DNA of 64,000 nucleotides from Candidatus Omnitrophota bacterium (GTDB lineage Bacteria; Omnitrophota; Omnitrophia; Omnitrophales; Aquincolibacteriaceae): NCBI GenBank assembly GCA_022705945.1, contig JAKJDL010000001.1, positions 53,047 to 117,046 of the forward strand, read 5' to 3'. Shown piece by piece: positions 57,309 to 64,000 of this stretch (position 1 is its first letter; each line of letters starts with the position of its first letter). The notes under the pieces were generated by a model. It saw only the letters and a program-made list of their open reading frames with translations, ran no database searches and was not told where the DNA came from. The position numbers and the translations under genes were made by a program.

Positions 57309-58109
57309 TTAAAAGAAAAGGAAACGCTTCTTGCCGGTATCCTTCTTGATGAGCTTCCAGGGATGCGCACGAATATCTTTGACAAACTCGCGCAACTCGT
57401 TATAAATCTCATCTTCCGCCAGCAACTTCCCCAAGGTTCCCTGCCCCTGCTCAATGCGGTCAAGAATATGGCTCAGAGAAGCGCTTGAAGATTCGATATT
57501 AACGATGCTCTGACGCAATTCGTTGCCGGACCCCTGAACAGAAGTATTCAATGCCGAACTGAGCTCGGCAAAATTCTTGACCATCAACCGAAGATCTTCT
57601 ATTGTCCCCGTGTCCGCAACCCCCTTCCGAAACTTGGTCAGCATCGCCGCAATGTGATCCGAAATCTCATTGGCGCGGTTGACAAGTTCCTCGACCGGAA
57701 CGGGACTGACACCATCGACCACGGAGCCGTCCGTCAGAAACCTCGTCGCTCCCGGAACCGGCGTCACTTCAATGTGGGGTTCACTCAGGATATGCGTCCC
57801 TTGAATCTTGAACTGATAATTCTCACCGATTTCAACTCCTTTTTCAACGAAAAGCTTGACCTCCACGCGGTTTTTTTTCTGAGCCTCATCAAAATACAGC
57901 TTCACATTGCTCACCTCCCCGATACGAACACCCGCCATGCGGAGAGGCGCTCCTTTATCCAGGATACTCACATATTCATAAAGGACATTGATACTGTAAC
58001 CGGGCCGGAAAAGATAGACCCCGCTCACAAAAAAAAGCACGAGAGTCAAAAGAATAAATCCGACGATCACAAAGATCCCGACCGTAATCTCATTGGTTTG
58101 TTTTTTCAT
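57309..58109 (-). CDS. mlaD: MCE-domain protein MlaD-like (outer membrane lipid asymmetry / Mla system substrate-binding component)
   Basis: It has an N-terminal TM helix plus an MCE domain (INVLYEYVSILDKGAPLRMAGVRIGEVSNV). It is downstream of mlaF/mlaE homologs. Confidence 0.75.
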   Translation of the reverse strand: MKKQTNEITVGIFVIVGFILLTLVLFFVSGVYLFRPGYSINVLYEYVSILDKGAPLRMAGVRIGEVSNVKLYFDEAQKKNRVEVKLFVEKGVEIGENYQFKIQGTHILSEPHIEVTPVPGATRFLTDGSVVDGVSPVPVEELVNRANEISDHIAAMLTKFRKGVADTGTIEDLRLMVKNFAELSSALNTSVQGSGNELRQSIVNIESSSASLSHILDRIEQGQGTLGKLLAEDEIYNELREFVKDIRAHPWKLIKKDTGKKRFLFF

Positions 58110-58876
58110 AATTTCTCCGTTTCCTTTTTTATACCGTTCGTGATCGGCCCGTGAGCCGACCCGTTAATAAACTGCTGAATAACGGGATCCCTCGACCCGC
58201 GGATATCGTCCGGGGTTCCGAGCCCGATAATCCTTCCTTCATAGAGCATCGCTATGCGATCGGCAACCTTATAGGCGCTCTTCATATCATGGGTCACGAC
58301 AATTGATGTCACCTTGAGCTTTTCCTGCATTCTCAGGATCAGATCATTGATCGCATCGGCATTGATGGGGTCAAGTCCCGTCGTTGGCTCATCGTAGAGA
58401 ATAATCTTGGGATCATTGCAAATAGCCCGCGCAAGCCCGACACGTTTTTTCATTCCGCCGGAAAGACTGGCCGGCATCAGCTCCCCGATCCCCTGGAGAC
58501 CGACCAGGCTGAGTTTTTCACGGACTTTTTCATCAATCTCACGGGCCGACATCCGGGTATGCTCAAGAAGAGCGAAACCCACATTCTCATAAACGGTCAA
58601 CGAATCAAAAAGAGCCGCCCCCTGAAAAAGCATTCCGAGCTGCAACCGGAACTTTTCCTGATCGTTCTCAAAAGCCTCATAAACGGAACGCCCGTCGATC
58701 TTGATATCGCCCCGATCCGGCTCAAGAATCCCGATAATGTGCTTCAATAGCACGCTCTTCCCGCAGCCCGAACGGCCGATAATGACGAGGGTTTCGCCGT
58801 CCCGGATCGTAAGATCAACTCCCCGAAGCACGTGATGCGCATCGAACCATTTATGAACCCCCCGGATCTCGATCAT
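58106..58876 (-). CDS. mlaF: ABC transporter ATP-binding protein MlaF-like
   Basis: Walker A is GRSGCGKS, the ABC signature is LSGGMKKRVGLARA, Walker B is ILYDEPTTGLD. Confidence 0.85.
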   Translation of the reverse strand: MIEIRGVHKWFDAHHVLRGVDLTIRDGETLVIIGRSGCGKSVLLKHIIGILEPDRGDIKIDGRSVYEAFENDQEKFRLQLGMLFQGAALFDSLTVYENVGFALLEHTRMSAREIDEKVREKLSLVGLQGIGELMPASLSGGMKKRVGLARAICNDPKIILYDEPTTGLDPINADAINDLILRMQEKLKVTSIVVTHDMKSAYKVADRIAMLYEGRIIGLGTPDDIRGSRDPVIQQFINGSAHGPITNGIKKETEKL

Positions 58877-58886
58877 TTCGGTTTCC

Positions 58887-59699
58887 TCACAAAAAATAAA
58901 ATATCGCCGTAAAAAGCGCGTCCGACGCGATAATCATAATCAGCGATACAACCACAGCCTGGGTGGTTGCCCGCCCGACGCCTTCCGCACCGCCGCGGGC
59001 TTTGAAACCGTAATAGCAACCCACCACCGCGATTACGCCGCCGAAAAAGAACGCCTTAATAAGCCCTGTCAGAATATCTTTCACCATCAAAACGTTCATG
59101 GCCCGCTTCAGATAAATATGTGAACTGATCCCAATCTTGAAAACCCCGATAAGCCAACCGCCGAACATCCCGATCCAGTCCGCATAAATCGTAAGAATGA
59201 ACAGCATAAAAATCCCCGCAATAAAACGGGGAACAACGAGATAACTGACAGGATTGGTCGACAAGGCCTTCAAGGCATCGACCTGCTCCGTCACTTTCAT
59301 GGTTCCGAGTTCTGCCGCAATCGATGCTCCGACTCGGCCGGCAACCACCATCGCGGTCAACACCGGCCCCAGCTCTCTGGTCATCGAGAGAGAAACGAGA
59401 TCTGACATGAATTGTTCGGCCGCAAAAAGTTTCAGCTGGTAAGCGGACTGAAGTGCCAGCACCATTCCGGTAAAAAGAGATGTCAGAAAAACCAGGGGCA
59501 GCGAGGTAACACCGATCTTGTACATTTGCGCGAGCACCATCTTCCAGCGGATATCTTTTTTAAAGATCAAGACAACCGTATCGCAAAAAAGCAAACTGAT
59601 CCCTCCGGCATGATAAAAAAATCGGGTACATGCCGCTCCGAATTTTTCAAGCCATGATCTTACAAAAACCAGATACCTCAAGTAACTCCAACGCGACAT
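58887..59699 (-). CDS. mlaE: ABC transporter permease MlaE-like
   Basis: It is a 270-aa polytopic permease with MlaE family conservation (e.g. QVDALKALSTNPVSYLVVPR). Confidence 0.85.
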   Translation of the reverse strand: MSRWSYLRYLVFVRSWLEKFGAACTRFFYHAGGISLLFCDTVVLIFKKDIRWKMVLAQMYKIGVTSLPLVFLTSLFTGMVLALQSAYQLKLFAAEQFMSDLVSLSMTRELGPVLTAMVVAGRVGASIAAELGTMKVTEQVDALKALSTNPVSYLVVPRFIAGIFMLFILTIYADWIGMFGGWLIGVFKIGISSHIYLKRAMNVLMVKDILTGLIKAFFFGGVIAVVGCYYGFKARGGAEGVGRATTQAVVVSLIMIIASDALFTAIFYFL

Positions 59700-59706
59700 A
59701 ATTCTC

Positions 59707-61638
59707 CTAAAATTTCACTTTGGTCTCGATCGTAACGCCCCTGTCCTCAGAAAACACTTCATCCCCATCCCCCGTTTGTATGTCCGGGGGTTTAACGCCT
59801 TCGACATAGATTGAGGAGAGAGGGGCCGCCTCAGGGAGTTTTTTTCCGGCAACCTGGATACTCCCGTCTTTTTCATGAAGAGTTACCTCGATCCCTTTCC
59901 ACACAACCAGCCGGTCCAAAGTCTCTATTTTTATACCGGCCATAATGTTGTCAAGCGTCAAATCGACAGCTCCGGTAAGAAAGAAAACGCTTCGCCCTTT
60001 CCAGATCTTCGATTCCTGGAGCGGAAAATAAGGAGCAAATCCGCGGAACCGGATGATACCACGATCATAATCGATTTTCCCCCATTTCCCTTCACGAACA
60101 TTAAATATCCCTATGATTTCCGGATTCCCGAGATCTCCTTCGATCATGAGTCGCCCGTCAAGCCGCCCTCCCATCTCCCGCGGCAACGGTTTTGAGGCAA
60201 AAAACTGAACCTTTCCGAGATCGAAATTAGCCGCCCGAACCGTCAATTTCGATCGCGGCTCTTTCAACGACCCGCCTATGGATCCTGTCATCTCAAATTT
60301 TTGCCCCCATGTCCATCGGATGGCGGAAATTCCATATGGGCTTATCTCAAAAGATCCTTTAAGGTCCTGCAAAGGCTGCTGATTCACGATAAAATAGTCT
60401 GTCTCTATATTTCCTTTGAAAAAAAACTGCCGCTCCGACCACCGTTGCTGGACGGCATGAATATAGATCCGCCCCTGTGTCACAATATCAAGCCCCAAGA
60501 GCTTTAGATGATCCAGTTTGCCGCGGATCGCAAAATCCAGCCCCTTGAGATTTGAGGCTACCGAAATTCTTTTGGAATCTTTCTCAACAGAAAGCTCATA
60601 ATTGCCGGAGAAAAAATCGATCTCTCCTTTTCCCTGATAGTCGCCATTAATGATCAGGGGATCCATGACGAAAAAACGCCCTTCGGACCTTGCCGTCCCT
60701 TCGAAAAAGAATCTTTGCTCCTGGCCGAAATCTATTTCACCCTCGATGCGGCGAGCGTTCAGATCAAGGAAAAAGCCCCCTTCAAACCGCTTCTTTTCCG
60801 TATTGCCGACCTTGATCCGAAGCCTGACGGCCGGATCACCATCCTGATTCTTGAAAACCCCGGAAATTTTGGCAGACCAGCCATGCAAAACCGCCCGAAC
60901 ATCCTCAAAAAAAAGATCTTTCCCCGTCCATCGGATCTTTCCGGAGAGCCCGCGGAGCGGAAGCGGGATATCGGAAGAGAGATCTGTTTCGTCAAGCTCA
61001 AGCCATAAATCATGCGTCTTGTTAACCGGATCCACGGTGCCATGAATGGCAATCAGCCCCGAGAGGATTCCCCGCGCCGTAGCCCTGATCCCGATCCTGA
61101 CCTTTGTTCCCTGCGCTTGGTTAATCTTTCCGATGATATCGGTAAGAACAATTTCTTTGCCGAGAGATGTTATGAGATACCGAATCTCACCGCCTCTGAA
61201 ATCCAAAGCGGGAAGAACCAATCCGGAATGACCGGACCCGGGAGCTTCAAAATACTGATAGGGAAATTCATCCTGGCCGATGACAAAGGAAGGATTGCTA
61301 ACGGTAACCATCGCAGGCTCTTCATACTTCCGGTTCCAGAGCTGTTTCCAGTGATAGCGGAACAACAACCGGTCAAGGCTTACGAGCTGGGAACGTCCTT
61401 TAACCGACGGCAACTCAAGAATCACGTTTTCAAGCGCTATCTGATTGAGATGATAAGGCCGGATCCTCCCGATCGAGACCTTCGCCTTAAGATACTGGCC
61501 GGCCCTCTCCTCGGCAAAACGTCTGAACTCTTCCGATGCCGTGACGCGATGCAGGACGATCTTGGCCACAGCGGCACCCGCAATTGCCAGAAGGACAACC
61601 GAGAGCAAAAGAATCTTGACGAAAGGAACCTTTTTCAC
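59707..61638 (-). CDS. AsmA-like / TamB-like beta-rich envelope protein (643 aa), likely a Mla-associated lipid transport accessory
   Basis: It has an N-terminal signal-anchor followed by a long repetitive beta-strand-rich region. It is the first gene of the mlaE-F-D cluster. This is an architecture-level call only. Confidence 0.4.
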   Translation of the reverse strand: MKKVPFVKILLLSVVLLAIAGAAVAKIVLHRVTASEEFRRFAEERAGQYLKAKVSIGRIRPYHLNQIALENVILELPSVKGRSQLVSLDRLLFRYHWKQLWNRKYEEPAMVTVSNPSFVIGQDEFPYQYFEAPGSGHSGLVLPALDFRGGEIRYLITSLGKEIVLTDIIGKINQAQGTKVRIGIRATARGILSGLIAIHGTVDPVNKTHDLWLELDETDLSSDIPLPLRGLSGKIRWTGKDLFFEDVRAVLHGWSAKISGVFKNQDGDPAVRLRIKVGNTEKKRFEGGFFLDLNARRIEGEIDFGQEQRFFFEGTARSEGRFFVMDPLIINGDYQGKGEIDFFSGNYELSVEKDSKRISVASNLKGLDFAIRGKLDHLKLLGLDIVTQGRIYIHAVQQRWSERQFFFKGNIETDYFIVNQQPLQDLKGSFEISPYGISAIRWTWGQKFEMTGSIGGSLKEPRSKLTVRAANFDLGKVQFFASKPLPREMGGRLDGRLMIEGDLGNPEIIGIFNVREGKWGKIDYDRGIIRFRGFAPYFPLQESKIWKGRSVFFLTGAVDLTLDNIMAGIKIETLDRLVVWKGIEVTLHEKDGSIQVAGKKLPEAAPLSSIYVEGVKPPDIQTGDGDEVFSEDRGVTIETKVKF

Positions 61639-61644
61639 GAAAAA

Positions 61645-64000
61645 CTAGGTCGCTTTCTCAAAAACGATCCTATCCCCTCTCAATTCCGCACGAATCCTGT
61701 CTCCCTCCCGGAATTTCCCTTCGAGGATCTCTTCGGCCAGCACGTTCTCAACGTAGCGCTGGATCGTGCGTTTCAGCGGCCGCGCCCCGAAAACAGGGTC
61801 ATAACCCTGGTCGATAAGAAACTTGAGAGCCTCATCAGCCATGACCAGCTCCATCTTCTTTTCCCTGAGACGATCCTTGACCTCTCCTAACTCGATGTTG
61901 ATGATCTGTTCAAGATCCTGGCGGGTCAAAGGATGAAAAACGATGGTGTCATCCACACGGTTCAAAAATTCCGGTCTGAAGACTTTTTTTGTTTCGTCAA
62001 GGAGCCTGGTTTTAATGGAATCAAAATTCAGATCGTCCTTCCGGACCGCAAAACCAAGATCTCCCTGCTTGCGAACAAGGTCAGCCCCGACATTGGATGT
62101 CATGATCACAATCGTGTTACGGAAATCGACCTTTCGGCCGAAAGAATCCGTCAGCCGACCTTCTTCCATGAGTTGAAGAAGGATATTAAAAACATCCGGA
62201 TGCGCCTTTTCGATCTCATCAAGCAGCACAACCGAATACGGCCGGCGGCGGACTTTCTCGGTCAGCTGCCCTCCCTCTTCATAACCGACATAGCCGGGGG
62301 GAGCTCCGACCAGGCGGGATACGTTGAATTTCTCGCCGTATTCGGAGCAATCAACCGTAATCACGGCATCCTCGTCACCGAACATAAAATCGGCAAGTGC
62401 CCGGGCCAAAAGCGTTTTTCCGACCCCCGTCGGTCCGAGAAAAATAAAAGTTCCGATCGGCCGCCTCGGATTGCGCAACCCGGAACGGGAACGCCGAACC
62501 GCGTGCGCAATCGCCCGGATGGCTTCGTCCTGCCCGATGACTTTCTTATGAATCTCATCTTCCATTTTAAGAAGCCGGGCCGCTTCTTTTTCTTCAAGTC
62601 TCGCAAGCGGAACGCCTGTCCATTTTGAAACGATAAAAGCGATATCCTCGGCCGTAACCTGGATCTCGACTTCGGATTTAGACTCCTTCCAGCTTTTCTT
62701 CATCTTTTGAAGCTCTTCTTTCGCTTTACGCTCCTCGTCGCGGAGTTTCGCGGCCTTTTCAAAATCCTGGCCCTTGATCGACGCCTCTTTTTCACGCCGC
62801 AGAGACTCGATCTCGGTCTCCATTTTCTTCAAATCCTTCGGAAGCGTCGTGACCGATAAACGGGCACGGGAAGCGGCTTCATCGATGATATCGATCGCCT
62901 TGTCCGGAAGAAACCGGCCGCTAATATAGCGGTCCGAAAGCTTCGCCGCCTCGGCCAGCGCTTCATCCGTGATCTTGACCCGGTGATGGGCCTCATATTT
63001 ATCCCTGAGCCCCTTCAGGATTTGGATCGTATCTTCCACGGAAGGCGGATCGACCATCACGGTCTGGAAACGTCGCGCCAAAGCGGCGTCCTTTTCGATA
63101 TATTTTCTGTATTCATCCAGGGTCGTGGCACCGATGCACTGGATCTCCCCTCTGGATAGCGACGGTTTGAGAATGTTGGAGGCATCGATCGCGCCTTCCG
63201 CGCCGCCGGCCCCGACAAGGGTATGAAGCTCATCGATAAAAATAATCACGTTATCCGCCCTGCGAATTTCATCCATCACAGCCTTGATGCGCTCTTCAAA
63301 TTGCCCCCTGTATTTGGTCCCGGCAACCATGAGGGCAAGGTCAAGCACGATCATGCGTTTATCAATCAGAATTTCGGGGACGTCGCCCGCAATGATCCGC
63401 TGCGCAAGCCCTTCGACAATGGCGGTTTTTCCGACCCCGGCTTCTCCAAGAAGCACCGGGTTATTTTTCGTGCGCCTCGCTAGAATCTGTATGACGCGCT
63501 CAATCTCATCGTGCCTTCCCACCACGGGATCCAGTTTCCCTTCACGCGCAAGATGAGAAAGATCGCGGCCGAACGCATCCAGCGCGGGAGTTTTGGTTTT
63601 CGCTTTACTACCTCCTCCGATACCGGCTGACTGGGGACCTCCTCCCATAGCGGCCGATTCGCCTCCGGGCGTCGCTGAGCCAAGGAGCTTGATGACCTCC
63701 GCGCGCACTTTATTGAGGTCGAGTCCGATATTCATAAGGACGTGGCTGGCAACCCCCTCCCCTTCCTTGATGAGGCCGAGAAGAAGGTGCTCGGTTCCGA
63801 TATAGTTGTGACCCAGCCGGCGTGCTTCATCCATGGCGAGTTCAATAACCTTTTTCGCTTTGGGCGTAAAAGGAATATCACCCGACACGACCGTGCTCGG
63901 ACCGAACTGGACCAGCTTCTCGATTTCAAGCCGGATCGTATCGAGGGAAAGACCGAGATTCTGCAGGACCGCCGCGGCAACACTTTCCCCCTCTTTGATC
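61645..64000 (-). CDS. clpC: ATP-dependent Clp protease ATP-binding subunit ClpC (5' end beyond the window edge)
   Basis: The reading frame stays open to position 64000, and the first Clp_N repeat ([19 protein letters not shown]...) is upstream of the ORF-track Met. Two AAA+ modules are present ([16 protein letters not shown]). The short UVR-type linker [16 protein letters not shown] marks it as ClpC rather than ClpB. Confidence 0.9.
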   Translation of the reverse strand, partial: IKEGESVAAAVLQNLGLSLDTIRLEIEKLVQFGPSTVVSGDIPFTPKAKKVIELAMDEARRLGHNYIGTEHLLLGLIKEGEGVASHVLMNIGLDLNKVRAEVIKLLGSATPGGESAAMGGGPQSAGIGGGSKAKTKTPALDAFGRDLSHLAREGKLDPVVGRHDEIERVIQILARRTKNNPVLLGEAGVGKTAIVEGLAQRIIAGDVPEILIDKRMIVLDLALMVAGTKYRGQFEERIKAVMDEIRRADNVIIFIDELHTLVGAGGAEGAIDASNILKPSLSRGEIQCIGATTLDEYRKYIEKDAALARRFQTVMVDPPSVEDTIQILKGLRDKYEAHHRVKITDEALAEAAKLSDRYISGRFLPDKAIDIIDEAASRARLSVTTLPKDLKKMETEIESLRREKEASIKGQDFEKAAKLRDEERKAKEELQKMKKSWKESKSEVEIQVTAEDIAFIVSKWTGVPLARLEEKEAARLLKMEDEIHKKVIGQDEAIRAIAHAVRRSRSGLRNPRRPIGTFIFLGPTGVGKTLLARALADFMFGDEDAVITVDCSEYGEKFNVSRLVGAPPGYVGYEEGGQLTEKVRRRPYSVVLLDEIEKAHPDVFNILLQLMEEGRLTDSFGRKVDFRNTIVIMTSNVGADLVRKQGDLGFAVRKDDLNFDSIKTRLLDETKKVFRPEFLNRVDDTIVFHPLTRQDLEQIINIELGEVKDRLREKKMELVMADEALKFLIDQGYDPVFGARPLKRTIQRYVENVLAEEILEGKFREGDRIRAELRGDRIVFEKAT

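Overview
This is a GC-rich bacterial chromosomal segment, about mid-50s % GC by eye, with a few conspicuous AT-rich intergenic islands. Gene orientation is extremely biased: every credible gene except one HAD hydrolase lies on the minus strand. The encoded proteins suggest a diderm organism (Mla lipid transport, AsmA-like, CPBP). Individual traits (ClpC with a UVR linker, fused IspDF, MutL without MutH) point to a deep-branching, non-proteobacterial lineage; I cannot place it precisely.

Most of the window is tightly packed, partly overlapping housekeeping operons:
- a glycine cleavage system (gcvT-H-PA-PB) plus an LplA/LipB-family lipoyl transferase;
- a division/cell-wall cluster (FtsL-like, murE, murF, mraY, murD, ftsW, murG, murC, ddl, ftsQ, ftsA) that lacks ftsI, mraZ, rsmH and an adjacent ftsZ;
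- mutS-mutL followed by a standalone receiver-domain gene;
- a long operon of TsaE, ThiL, MtnA-like, CPBP, TatD, MetG, HolB, Tmk, CysS, IspDF and YacL;
- mlaD, mlaF, mlaE, an AsmA-like gene, and partial clpC.

The left 8.4 kb looks accessory and is the most interesting part. It holds:
- a truncated PlsC-type acyltransferase;
- an IS200/RAYT-like HuH-Y1 transposase gene flanked by two nearly identical 50-bp hairpin-containing direct repeats;
- a roughly 100-nt polypurine tract;
- a 6.6-kb ORF for a 2202-aa signal-peptide, multi-TM protein with no domain I can name. It carries a recurring PEVRSEVR motif (four copies) and two in-frame tandem duplications, and is driven from a roughly 300-bp, very AT-rich upstream island.

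Other points of note:
- a GAF/HD-GYP c-di-GMP phosphodiesterase gene abuts the division cluster;
- an overlapping HIT hydrolase and archaeal-type (ATPase_2/DUF234-like) ATPase pair sits beside a 400-bp non-coding region that ends in a long-loop terminator hairpin;
- a metal-efflux CDF gene lies with a two-component system and a macro-domain gene.

I found no CRISPR array, rRNA or tRNA. The ORF track uses GTG/TTG starts displayed as M, so several starts are uncertain.
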